From: a virus
Lineage: Duplodnaviria > Caudoviricetes
Length of the DNA stretch: 64,000 bases
Reading direction: 5' to 3' (one strand)
IMG/VR virus record: IMGVR_UViG_3300037418_000840
Shown: piece by piece, positions 47,297-56,194 of the stretch
Layout of the letters: every line of letters starts with the position of its first letter
Numbering within the stretch: position 1 is the first letter of the stretch
Program-made: the position numbers and the translations under genes
The notes under the pieces: generated by a model
The model's input: only the letters and a program-made list of their open reading frames with translations
What the model was told of the DNA's origin: nothing
Databases searched by the model: none

Positions 47297-48781
47297 TTGG
47301 CAAAAATCGCTAGTCCCCGCGCAGAACTGGCCGTCCTGCGTGGTATGTGTCACCCGTCTAAGAAGGTGGCCGGTGCCCTCTTGTCGCAGGTTGATGAGAC
47401 GTATTTCTACAGCCCTGAATCGGTGGAGCTCTACGGCGCAATCCGTAGGCACATGCACGAGCAGGGCACGAGTCCCACCTACCGATTACTGGTCGAAGAT
47501 CCTGACATCAGTGAGGAAGCCCGTCAGCACATGAGGGACTCGGTGCCCAGCGCGGTTACGACCGTGACCGAAGCCGATCGGGCAGCCCGTATCCTCAACA
47601 AGTACCGGCAGAAGCGTGGTCTCTTCTACTTGGCGTCCAACATCAACGACAAGCTGAATGGGAAGACCAACTACAAGGTTGAGGACCTGCTTGAAGAGAC
47701 GGCAACAGCCTTCAACGTGGTGCGTAGCCGCAAGTCCAATCAGGACTCGTTCCTCCACTTCGGGCGCAACAACAATTCGAAGTCCGTGGTGGAGAACATC
47801 CTCTACGGCGACAACAAAGACAAACTGATTCCGACAGGCATCAAACCCTTTGACGATGTTAGTGGCGGCCTACCGCGCGGAGGCCTAGTCACTATCGGTG
47901 CCAACTCGGGCGGTGGTAAGTCATTGACCGCCAATCAGATCGCCATCAACATGGCGACAATGGGCTACAAAGTCCTGGTCGTTCCCTTGGAAATGTCCAA
48001 GGAAGAGATGACCATGCGGACGATGGCCAATGTGACCAAGACCAACCTGACGAAGATCATACGGCAGCAGTTGGCTACTGGTGAACGCGATCTGGTGTAC
48101 AAGAAGCATCGTCGTTGGGAGCGCAAGGTCAAGGAGGCTGGTGGTCGGTACACGATCTTCAAGCCCAAGGAGGACATGACGATCGAGGAAGTGTTCGCCG
48201 CCGTCAGTGCTTACCAATGTGACGTGGTGATTGTCGACTACATCTCGCTGCTGAAGGGCACCGATGGTGATGATAGCTGGCAAGCCCTCGGCTCGATTGC
48301 ACGTTACGCGAAGATCAACGCCGAAGTGGAGAATCGGGTCAACATTTTGCTGTGTCAGGTCAACGACGAAGGCAAGATTCGGTACGCGCGGTCGATCAGT
48401 GAACACTCGAACAACTCGTGGATCTGGGTTGCCAACAAAGAAGCCAAAGAAACGGGGATCATGCGTGTCGAGCAGCCGAAGGCTCGTAACAGTCTGGCCT
48501 TCCCCTTCCTCATCAAGATGGATTGGCAGTACATGCGTATCGAGGAGGTGGCTCAGGACGAAGCCCTAGGCCAGATCGAAGATGAAGACGATGTTCGAAA
48601 GTCTAAACGAGTGGGTCGCGGCGCTGATTCGGATCGGAGGGACACACGGAAGAACAGCCGTAGTAACGATAGGTCGTCAGGTCGCGATCGCCGTGGGAAT
48701 GACCGCAGTCGAGAATCTAAGGCTGACACAGGGGTGCGCCGCAAACGACGAGACGTACCAAATCTTGCAGCTGATATCTAG
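47297..48781 (+). CDS. dnaB: Replicative helicase, DnaB-like (SF4)
   Basis: IPTGIKPFDDVSGGLPRGGLVTIGANSGGGKS, LEMS.EE, IVDYI, KARN; R/D/S-rich C-terminal tail. Confidence 0.88.
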   Translation: MAKIASPRAELAVLRGMCHPSKKVAGALLSQVDETYFYSPESVELYGAIRRHMHEQGTSPTYRLLVEDPDISEEARQHMRDSVPSAVTTVTEADRAARILNKYRQKRGLFYLASNINDKLNGKTNYKVEDLLEETATAFNVVRSRKSNQDSFLHFGRNNNSKSVVENILYGDNKDKLIPTGIKPFDDVSGGLPRGGLVTIGANSGGGKSLTANQIAINMATMGYKVLVVPLEMSKEEMTMRTMANVTKTNLTKIIRQQLATGERDLVYKKHRRWERKVKEAGGRYTIFKPKEDMTIEEVFAAVSAYQCDVVIVDYISLLKGTDGDDSWQALGSIARYAKINAEVENRVNILLCQVNDEGKIRYARSISEHSNNSWIWVANKEAKETGIMRVEQPKARNSLAFPFLIKMDWQYMRIEEVAQDEALGQIEDEDDVRKSKRVGRGADSDRRDTRKNSRSNDRSSGRDRRGNDRSRESKADTGVRRKRRDVPNLAADI

Positions 48782-48789
48782 GAGTGACG

Positions 48790-49017
48790 ATGGATCAGAA
48801 AGACCTATACACGAAGTGGACAGGTGGTAGCTGTCCCGTCGATCCAGCCGAAACAGTGACCGTAATTCAACGATGCGGTCTCAGGGTCACTGCTTTGGCA
48901 CAGAGTCAACACTGGGAGCACAAGGGTCATACCAACGACGTAGTGGCCTATAGTGTGAATAACATCGAGGCCATACGCGATACAAGCGCAGTCCGCATTT
49001 GGGAGTGGGTTGACTAG
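48790..49017 (+). CDS. Conserved small phage hypothetical protein
   Basis: WTGGSCPV...V.V..RCG...W.H.G...DVVAY motif; AGGAG RBS. Confidence 0.6.
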   Translation: MDQKDLYTKWTGGSCPVDPAETVTVIQRCGLRVTALAQSQHWEHKGHTNDVVAYSVNNIEAIRDTSAVRIWEWVD

Positions 49018-49028
49018 GAGAGACGATC

Positions 49029-49262
49029 GTGCCCGAAGTGAAGGTTGCGGTTAGGAGCTATGGCGTTCGCTATGTGTGCGATGCGTGTGGACGTGGAGAA
49101 ATGAGGGCAGTCAAAGGACAGGCTCTGGTAGACGAAGGGGCCGGCAAATACACATGGCGTCACGAGTGTGACGCTTGTGGTGCCTTCGCCAATTTTGATA
49201 TCACCTATCCAACGGTGAAGAGCGAAATCCTCCGGCTCGGAGAGGAGGAATCCAAAGAATAG
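49029..49262 (+). CDS. Zinc-ribbon protein
   Basis: CDACG...HECDACG; AGGAG RBS. Confidence 0.6.
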   Translation: MPEVKVAVRSYGVRYVCDACGRGEMRAVKGQALVDEGAGKYTWRHECDACGAFANFDITYPTVKSEILRLGEEESKE

Positions 49263-49275
49263 GACAGGAGGTCCT

Positions 49276-49590
49276 ATGAAGAAGAGATGGAGATCGAATG
49301 GTAGGGCCAAGCCTTTCAGCCGCTATGAGCTGAAGCGCTGGCTCTATCGTAAGTTCAGAGGCCGATGTCACTACTGTAGAGTGCAGTTGACATTCGAATT
49401 GTCAACAATCGACCACAAGCGGGCTCAGGCTCGAGGTGGAACTTACGAAAAGCGGAATCTAGCATTGGCCTGTAAGCGCTGTAATGGTGAGAAGGGGTGT
49501 ATGCCTTATCACGATTATGTGTGCATCTGGCGTGAACGACACAATGCACGCATAGACTCTGCACAACTAAGGATGCTTGATGCAGCCTGA
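49276..49590 (+). CDS. Small HNH endonuclease
   Basis: CHYC, TIDH.......GG, NLALACKRCNGEKG; AGGAGG RBS. Confidence 0.85.
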   Translation: MKKRWRSNGRAKPFSRYELKRWLYRKFRGRCHYCRVQLTFELSTIDHKRAQARGGTYEKRNLALACKRCNGEKGCMPYHDYVCIWRERHNARIDSAQLRMLDAA

Positions 49591-49603
49591 TCTGAAAACG
49601 AGG

Positions 49604-49646
49604 AAGCCCCGGTAAACCTTTCATGGTCTACCGGGGCTTTCTCTTT
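49604..49646. terminator. Intrinsic terminator between the convergent modules
   Basis: Stem AAGCCCCGGTA/TACCGGGGCTT followed by TCTCTTT. Confidence 0.8.
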
Positions 49647-49659
49647 GTGATGACAATGT

Positions 49660-49818
49660 CTACAGACGTAGTGATCCATGTCCGAATATCAAGAGCAGCA
49701 GAAGGACGATCAGGATCACACCGACAGGCCCGTAACCCCAACCTGCGCTGTAGGGCCATGCAGGTAGTCCGCCGATCAAGGCAAGGACCAAGATGATAAT
49801 CAGGATGGTGAACAACAT
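49660..49818 (-). CDS. DUF3309-family small membrane protein; absent from the ORF track
   Basis: Translated by hand: MLFTILIIILVLALIGGLPAWPYSAGWGYGPVGVILIVLLLLLIFGHGSLRL*. LP.W.YS..WGYGP signature; GGAGG RBS. Confidence 0.85.
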   Translation of the reverse strand: MLFTILIIILVLALIGGLPAWPYSAGWGYGPVGVILIVLLLLLIFGHGSLRL

Positions 49819-49869
49819 AAGACCTCCATGGGTTATCACTACGGCCTTAAATTGTAGAACTCTAGAACG

Positions 49870-50196
49870 CTAGAAGATCGCGTCGTAGAGCTTGGCAAAC
49901 GCCTCATAGACTGCGGCTGGAACGGTTACACCCTTCACCACGTGAGTGCCGTCGCCGACTGCGTCTTCCAATGCTGTCCAATGCTGCTCGTTGGCCATCA
50001 GCCAATCACTTAGGGGCTTCAGGTCCGGAACCTTGAGCTTGGCCTGATTGTAGACCAAGTTCTCCAATTCCTCAGACGACAGCTTACGGTTCATCGCATC
50101 ATCGACATAGGCACGAATGCCCTTGTAGTAATCGATTTCAGCTACTACCTTGACAGCGGCCGCCAATCGCACCGCTGCGTTGAGCTTGACTTTCAT
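49870..50196 (-). CDS. Putative internal head protein with a KLNAAVRL leader
   Basis: ATG at 50196 preceded by GGAG; begins MKVKLNAAVRLAAA. Confidence 0.6.
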   Translation of the reverse strand: MKVKLNAAVRLAAAVKVVAEIDYYKGIRAYVDDAMNRKLSSEELENLVYNQAKLKVPDLKPLSDWLMANEQHWTALEDAVGDGTHVVKGVTVPAAVYEAFAKLYDAIF

Positions 50197-50218
50197 TAGG
50201 GTCTCCAAATGAATACAG

Positions 50219-50242
50219 AAAAGGCGGACCCGAAGGCCCGCC
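50219..50242 (-). terminator. Intrinsic terminator with a cUUCGg tetraloop
   Basis: On the - strand: GGCGGGC-CTTCGG-GTCCGCC-TTTTC. Confidence 0.8.
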
Positions 50243-50264
50243 CTACGTTACGCGCGCACCCTGA

Positions 50265-51032
50265 TTAGGCCGTCGCGTCTTCGTTCACTTGGTCGATCAC
50301 GTCCTGCATGTACGCCGGATTGTACGAGTAGAGCTTGCGCCAGTATTCGACAGCCTGCGCCTTGTCTGCCGGGCTGATCCCAGCCTTGATCATCGCTTGG
50401 TTGTGCGACTTAGGAACCGGGACTGGAGTGATCGAGGCCACCACGTCGTAACCGATTACGATCGGGCTCTGTGTCGTATGCGACACGACCTTGAGCTTTT
50501 CCTGGTTCGCTGCGACCACGAAGCCGTAGTCCATGTCACCGCTGGGGCTGACGAAGGCCACGAATTCGTTGCGGGCCGCGCTGGCGGTCGCCAAGTGACG
50601 GATGCCCGGCACGTCCGGACGACGGTGAACCGAAGCACTGACCAGAGCCGACAGATCTTCGTTACCGTGGCGTGCAAGGTACTTGCCACCCTTTCCGTCC
50701 TTCACTTCCCACAGCGATTTGTCGTTGTTGTCCATCATGATGTTGGACGACATGACACGGTAGCTGGCGCGCAGTTCCTTATCGTCGACGACGCGCACTT
50801 CCTTGTTGGCCCGCAGATAGCCCACGGCAACGCCGCCGCTTGTCGAAGCACGGATCACGCGGAAACTGTTCTCGACCGGAGCCGCGAGGTTGCCCAACTT
50901 CTCGGAGATACGAGCACGGATCTGCTCCTTGGTCATGCGGCCTGTATAGGCGATAACCACACGCGCCGTTTCCTTGCCGTTGCCAACCATCGAGTAGTCC
51001 GTGATAGCGATCGTCTTCGTGATATCGTTCAT
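50265..51032 (-). CDS. Virion structural (head-associated) protein
   Basis: ATG at 51032 preceded by AAGGA; shows the strong C-ending codon bias of the capsid genes; contains VIRA|S, ELRA|S and LVSA|S sites. Confidence 0.55.
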   Translation of the reverse strand: MNDITKTIAITDYSMVGNGKETARVVIAYTGRMTKEQIRARISEKLGNLAAPVENSFRVIRASTSGGVAVGYLRANKEVRVVDDKELRASYRVMSSNIMMDNNDKSLWEVKDGKGGKYLARHGNEDLSALVSASVHRRPDVPGIRHLATASAARNEFVAFVSPSGDMDYGFVVAANQEKLKVVSHTTQSPIVIGYDVVASITPVPVPKSHNQAMIKAGISPADKAQAVEYWRKLYSYNPAYMQDVIDQVNEDATA

Positions 51033-51096
51033 GATGCATCCTTGTTGTGAAAGGCAAAGCGGTTGAATTGTGAACCTCAGAGGGTATGTAGTCAAA

Positions 51097-52371
51097 TTAC
51101 TCTTTACTCGAATGGTCCTTCCCAGGATGATCGAGTATCGCCTGAGTCCAGGCGCTGGCCGGAATAGTTCCTTCGGCCATATAGTCACCGAGCCGTTCGA
51201 ACATCATCGTCAACAGTTCGGTGTTGTCAGCGGCCAACACAGCAGCATGACGTTTCTGCGACTTCTTCGATTTGGATTTGCTTGGTACCAGACTGTCATC
51301 TTCGTCTTCGTCCTTAAGCCAACGATCCGAGTTACGATCCCAATCGATCTTGCGTTTGGTCTTAGACTTATGAGTCCAATCTTTCTTGAACATATAGCCT
51401 ACAGCCGGAACGATTGCGTGCTTCAGTGCGCCAAAGGCGAGGAAACCAACACCCAGACTACCGCCCGACAAACTAGTGGCCGCGAGCCAGCCCGTCAGAT
51501 TGAGCATCATCTTCCCAAGCTTCTTCCAATCAGACGGCTCCAATCGGTCACCAGATAGGATTTTCCGCACGCTGTTCAACCCTTCAAGGGCCGATCCTGC
51601 GTCACGGACATAGCCACCTGCCAGATTGCGCGCGTCCTTCTTGAGGAATGACCCAAGGGCTTCACGCTGCTTCGACTTGGGCTCCATCCCTCCGTCAGTC
51701 AAGAACTTCTGTTCCTGCTCAGGAAGCTTTGTCACTGCGTCCTTCAATTGCTTGGTTTTGACCAGTCCATGACCAGCCCCACCTTTACGATTGCGTGTTG
51801 GTTGTCGATCTTCTACGTCCTTCAACTTCGGAACGTCTTTCAGATCACGCATCTTGGGTGGCTCGGCCGGCACTCGATCAATTGCAGGACGATCGTCCAA
51901 ACCCTTCTTCGTGTTGGGTTCTCCAAGTCCGGGTCCTTTCGGGCGTTTGGGCTGGGTCACGTTGAAGTTCTGAGTCTTGAGGTTGTAGTCCTTGAACTGC
52001 TGGATGTCGCTCACCTCATCTTTGGGCGGCCCCTTAACAGCCTTGGGCTTCTTTGGAACTTGAGGTTCCTCAGTGGCCGTCCCCTCGTCATCAACATCCT
52101 GGTCGTCGTGGTCGTCTTTTATCTGCTCGTCGGCATACTTGCTGTTCGGGTGTTCCTCTTGGTAATGACGCTGTTGCTCAGGCGACAATGCGTCCCACCA
52201 GTTTTCGTTCAGCTTGTACTCTTTGTCTGGACCCGATGGCTTAACTTGACGAGCTCGGCCCCTACCCTTCTTCTCTTCAAAGTTGAAGGGCGTGGGCCGA
52301 GTCGTTTCCATCTGTTCCTGACCAGCAGGTTTCCGAGCCATGACGAGTCGACGCAGTGCGCTTATGGTCAT
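51097..52371 (-). CDS. Putative internal head / ejection protein
   Basis: MTISALRRLVMA leader; highly charged K/D/P-rich N-terminal half; a Gly-rich hydrophobic hairpin (LTGWLAATSLSGGSLGVGFLAFGAL). Confidence 0.5.
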   Translation of the reverse strand: MTISALRRLVMARKPAGQEQMETTRPTPFNFEEKKGRGRARQVKPSGPDKEYKLNENWWDALSPEQQRHYQEEHPNSKYADEQIKDDHDDQDVDDEGTATEEPQVPKKPKAVKGPPKDEVSDIQQFKDYNLKTQNFNVTQPKRPKGPGLGEPNTKKGLDDRPAIDRVPAEPPKMRDLKDVPKLKDVEDRQPTRNRKGGAGHGLVKTKQLKDAVTKLPEQEQKFLTDGGMEPKSKQREALGSFLKKDARNLAGGYVRDAGSALEGLNSVRKILSGDRLEPSDWKKLGKMMLNLTGWLAATSLSGGSLGVGFLAFGALKHAIVPAVGYMFKKDWTHKSKTKRKIDWDRNSDRWLKDEDEDDSLVPSKSKSKKSQKRHAAVLAADNTELLTMMFERLGDYMAEGTIPASAWTQAILDHPGKDHSSKE

Positions 52372-52381
52372 GGCCAAGTCC

Positions 52382-52888
52382 TTAGACGTCAGTCACGTAG
52401 TCGAACGACCAAGTGATATTGAGGGTCACTGCATTGGATTGCCCACCGTCCATTTCGACATCGGCCACAGTTTCAGGCCACATGCCAAACACGTTGATGG
52501 TTCGCACTACCTGCGGCAAATCGTTGTAGACTACGATCTGTCCGTTGACCCCGTAGCTCGACTTGAAGGACCCGCTGTTGTTGACCCACGAGCGAGCGCT
52601 TTCCGACCACACGTAGAATTGCGAGCGCGTTGACCAGTCAGCGGCTTCGAGAAACGTGGAGTTGAATTGATGGGTGAAGGTCTTCATCCCGGCGTATTGC
52701 AGCTTCACGCCGTGCAGAGCGACTTCCACCTTGTCCATGCCAAAACCCGGAAGGGCTGTGGTCATGCACTTCCACGTCAGCGCACGAGTGTCGGACGAAC
52801 CAGGAATCGCAGGCAGGAACAAGTCAAAGTTCCAGGTCTGCGCTGGGTCGGCAACTGCCTGTGCGTCATAAAGAGAACTGCGTCCCAT
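52382..52888 (-). CDS. Tail tube protein (T4 gp19-like)
   Basis: 168 aa; LPG...DKVEV..HG.K..YAG..TF...F..TF.E and GMWP..V..VEMD motifs; downstream of the sheath. Confidence 0.85.
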   Translation of the reverse strand: MGRSSLYDAQAVADPAQTWNFDLFLPAIPGSSDTRALTWKCMTTALPGFGMDKVEVALHGVKLQYAGMKTFTHQFNSTFLEAADWSTRSQFYVWSESARSWVNNSGSFKSSYGVNGQIVVYNDLPQVVRTINVFGMWPETVADVEMDGGQSNAVTLNITWSFDYVTDV

Positions 52889-52905
52889 AAGGATACTCCT
52901 TGTAT

Positions 52906-53250
52906 TCAGTGCAAGATCTGGATGATTGGGTCCCAGCCTTCACGGGGTTCGACCAGACGAATCATGTCGTCACCCTTGCGAAAAGCCCAGGAATGCGCGT
53001 GGTCGGGATCCTTGTAGTCGATGACCTGACTGAAGCCCATACGTTCAAGAATCTTCCACATACGATTCGAATCAAAACGAAAACCAATCGTGTAGTCGAT
53101 GGGATTGAACGTAACAGGAATCCTGAGCTTTTGCATTTCCTCGAGGATATGCTGTGCTTTGTGGAACCTCACGTGTGGCTCCGCTAGAGCCTCACCTGCA
53201 ACGGCTACAGAAGCGAAAGCCAGCAGGCGACGTGCTGCGTTGAGCTTCAT
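52906..53250 (-). CDS. Putative internal head protein with a KLNAARRL leader
   Basis: Begins MKLNAARRLLA; starts immediately after the upstream stop. Confidence 0.55.
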   Translation of the reverse strand: MKLNAARRLLAFASVAVAGEALAEPHVRFHKAQHILEEMQKLRIPVTFNPIDYTIGFRFDSNRMWKILERMGFSQVIDYKDPDHAHSWAFRKGDDMIRLVEPREGWDPIIQILH

Positions 53251-53853
53251 CTAGCCTCCGATGCCGCCTAGTGGCTGCTGTGCCATGTTCCATAGCTTTG
53301 GATCCGCGTCAGCTAGAGCGAGATCCCCAGGAACATCTATGGGTTGATCTTCCAGGATCTCCACCGGTGCCAAGTTGAAATCTTCTGGATCCTCGGTGGC
53401 TGTCGTTGGGCCGTTGGCTCGCAGCTGGTTCCCCTCGTGGTTGACGGTGCGGAATTTATCAGCTTGTCCTGGTTCGTCATCACCATCGACCGTTGATTTG
53501 GAATTCACCATCTCGTGGGTCAAAGGATCATCTTCAGGGCCAGCAAGACCAGCGTTGATCTTGCGACTGAGCAGTCGAAGCAACTTCGATGTTGGGCCAG
53601 ACGCCGATGCGTACTGGACATCGTTTTGCGGTAGGTCATCGGCGCTGCGCGCGGGTGTGCGTGCAGCGGTCTCGGATTTCGGTTTTGCATCACGAACTGC
53701 CGTTTCGTTATCGGACGACCGATTGTCATTACGTTCACGCTCCACTTGCTGACGATCGAGTTGACGCTCGTTCTTCTCGCGAAAACTTGGAGCAGGTGCA
53801 ATCACATCCGGTGCGGCAGACAAACGCCGGGCAGCATTCAGTTTGAAGGTCAT
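53251..53853 (-). CDS. Disordered acidic protein with a KLNAARRL leader
   Basis: Begins MTFKLNAARRLSAA; GGAGA RBS. Confidence 0.55.
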   Translation of the reverse strand: MTFKLNAARRLSAAPDVIAPAPSFREKNERQLDRQQVERERNDNRSSDNETAVRDAKPKSETAARTPARSADDLPQNDVQYASASGPTSKLLRLLSRKINAGLAGPEDDPLTHEMVNSKSTVDGDDEPGQADKFRTVNHEGNQLRANGPTTATEDPEDFNLAPVEILEDQPIDVPGDLALADADPKLWNMAQQPLGGIGG

Positions 53854-53909
53854 GCTAGTTCTCCGTCTGGAGAGGGACCACCCTACACAGAGCAGTCCCC
53901 TCCGTCAGA

Positions 53910-55868
53910 TTAGCCCGGATTCACTTGCGACAGCACTTCCGCGAACGATACACCCTGCTTGGTGATCACCACCTGGAGGTTGATGATATGCACAGGGATC
54001 ACCGGCACGATGAGGACCGTCACGTTGCGGATGCCCGAATTGAAATCCGATGCCGAGTTGTTGGACGAATCGGACACGACTTCGAAGCGGGAGATACCGC
54101 GTGCGTTCTGAATCGCTTGCAGGTAGTCCGTGCACGAGGCCACGATCTGGCGACCAAGGAAGTCGTCGTTCGGTTCCTGTACTGAATAGAGCAGGAACTG
54201 ATACAGCGCCACCTTGATCACGTTTATGATCCGACGCACCGACACCCATGACAGGGCACTGAACTGCGCGGCCAGTGTCTGTTGTTCCCACAGGGCAATA
54301 CCTTGACCGATGAAGGTCTTCGTGTAGTTGACCTGTGCGTCGAACATCGCGTCCGATTCACCGTCGTCATACGTATAACGGGTCTTCAGAACGTTGACGA
54401 TACCGCGATTCAAACCTGCGATCGAGAAGCTTGGGTTTGCTACACGATCGGTGCGCGCGCAGAGAGCAGTTGCCCATCCCGAAAACGGAACGTATTGCTG
54501 CTTTCCGTTGTACGTGTCAGCCTCCAACACGTCCGGCGAGAACAGTGCCGAATACGTGCTGTTGAGGTTCAGGTTGATGTTGCGGTAGTTGATCGCCGCT
54601 TGGAACTGTTGACTCGCTGAGGGCACGTCCAGCATGGCAACGCAATCGCCGCGTTGTTGAGCAAGTGTGTCCATCGCCAGCTGGATATCAGGACTTGCGT
54701 GTCCCGAGTTGAGCAGCAAGTTGATGGCGTACAGTTGCTTGTTCTGGAACGAAGCCCATGCACCTGCAATCTGCGTCGATGTCGGTGCCGCACCCGAAGT
54801 GCCGCCCGCCATGTTGGTCAGGGCCACGCTCTCCACAGCGGGCAACGTGCCGATCAACGCAGGGACATTCGATGTAACACGAATGTACTGCGAGAACGGG
54901 TTGATCGCCTGTTCGAGTTCCGTTTCTTGACCCTGACTGTTCGTGTAGTCGACCAACGAGCAGTTGAACGATTCACGAGCATAGGTTGTGCTCAACGACG
55001 TGTCGAACACGTTGAGTCCAAACGTCGGTGCCGGTGTTGCGGCCTTGGTCGGATCGGTGATCGGCGTCTTCGTCGTGTCCGGCGTAATCGCTCCCGTATC
55101 CGTGAACGTGTACGTCCCTTGACCGATGGTGGCCATCAATCCAACTTGACCAGCCGTCGTACTACGACCGTAGATCTTGTAACCCGTTGCCTGAGCCACC
55201 GTGTTCCACGTGAGGACCACGCTATTGGTCGTTCCTACGCCGGTGATCACCACCTGTGCCGGAGACGAACCCAGCGTTTCGCCTTGCGCGCCGATTGCAG
55301 AGATCTGATACTGATAGGTCGCTGCCGGAAGTGTTCCACCTGTGGCCGACGATACCACAGCGAGTCCTGTAGGCACCTGGAGATTGGTGCTGACGACCTG
55401 AAGTGCCATGTTGTCGCCGTAACTGCCCTGACCCTTGTTCGGGTAGAAGAGGGCAATCGCTTCACTGTTCGCCGGTGCCTGAGCAGCGGTCAGCAGTGTC
55501 GGCCAATCAGGTTGCGTCGGGTCCACGACTCCAGCGGTGACCGGCGTCAAATGCGTGACGCCAGTCGGATCACTCCACAGAAGGACCGCTGCGTACAGAG
55601 CGCCCGAGCCAACGACACGGAGACCCCACAGCTGATTGCCTTCCTCGAAGTAATCGAGTGCGCAATAGACGTCGAACGACACCTGCGCATTCGGATTACC
55701 ATACATCGTGAGGTAATCCGTCGGATTCGTGAACAGAACCGGAGATGCAGCCCCTTGCGAGGACACGATGATCTGGGCAACCACCGAAGTAGATGCCGAG
55801 GCGATGACCTGTGACAGGTTGATTTCCTGCACGATCACCTTGGATGCTTGTTTTGCCGAGATGGTCAT
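53910..55868 (-). CDS. Tail sheath protein with an FN3-like insertion
   Basis: 652 aa; C-terminal sheath motifs (PFSG...A.CARTD, SIAGLNRG, SVRR, EPND); insertion at about 55081-55382. Confidence 0.92.
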   Translation of the reverse strand: MTISAKQASKVIVQEINLSQVIASASTSVVAQIIVSSQGAASPVLFTNPTDYLTMYGNPNAQVSFDVYCALDYFEEGNQLWGLRVVGSGALYAAVLLWSDPTGVTHLTPVTAGVVDPTQPDWPTLLTAAQAPANSEAIALFYPNKGQGSYGDNMALQVVSTNLQVPTGLAVVSSATGGTLPAATYQYQISAIGAQGETLGSSPAQVVITGVGTTNSVVLTWNTVAQATGYKIYGRSTTAGQVGLMATIGQGTYTFTDTGAITPDTTKTPITDPTKAATPAPTFGLNVFDTSLSTTYARESFNCSLVDYTNSQGQETELEQAINPFSQYIRVTSNVPALIGTLPAVESVALTNMAGGTSGAAPTSTQIAGAWASFQNKQLYAINLLLNSGHASPDIQLAMDTLAQQRGDCVAMLDVPSASQQFQAAINYRNINLNLNSTYSALFSPDVLEADTYNGKQQYVPFSGWATALCARTDRVANPSFSIAGLNRGIVNVLKTRYTYDDGESDAMFDAQVNYTKTFIGQGIALWEQQTLAAQFSALSWVSVRRIINVIKVALYQFLLYSVQEPNDDFLGRQIVASCTDYLQAIQNARGISRFEVVSDSSNNSASDFNSGIRNVTVLIVPVIPVHIINLQVVITKQGVSFAEVLSQVNPG

Positions 55869-56185
55869 TGCGTGTTCTCCGTCTTGGTTTCAGCCGGAGC
55901 CGGTTGCGGTGCCGCTTCGGTCGTCGTAGCGGCCTCAGCCTCTACCGTCGCCGTCGCTTGTTGCCCCGTATTCGGTTCCGTTGTTACTGGAACCACCTTG
56001 TCCTCGAACACGATGATCCCTTGACCTTCGAGAGCCATCCAGTTCGGATCCACTTTGGCCCCATCGGGAAGCGTCACCGGCTTGCGCGTGCGGGCCATCA
56101 CACGAATGGATGCTTTCGCCCCATCCGCCATGATGAGCCACACATGCTTCGGAACACGGCCAGAATTCTTGACATGCGTAGCCAT
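55865..56185 (-). CDS. Small hypothetical neck/tail protein
   Basis: AGGAG RBS; ATGA overlap with the sheath gene. Confidence 0.55.
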   Translation of the reverse strand: MATHVKNSGRVPKHVWLIMADGAKASIRVMARTRKPVTLPDGAKVDPNWMALEGQGIIVFEDKVVPVTTEPNTGQQATATVEAEAATTTEAAPQPAPAETKTENTQ

Positions 56186-56194
56186 GCGTTACTC

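Noticed and set aside
51097-53250. Programmed-frameshift tail assembly chaperone pair and tape measure near the tube gene
   Set aside because: The flanking genes carry head-type leaders, no slippery heptamer with an overlapping frame was found, and no tape-measure-sized ORF is present.
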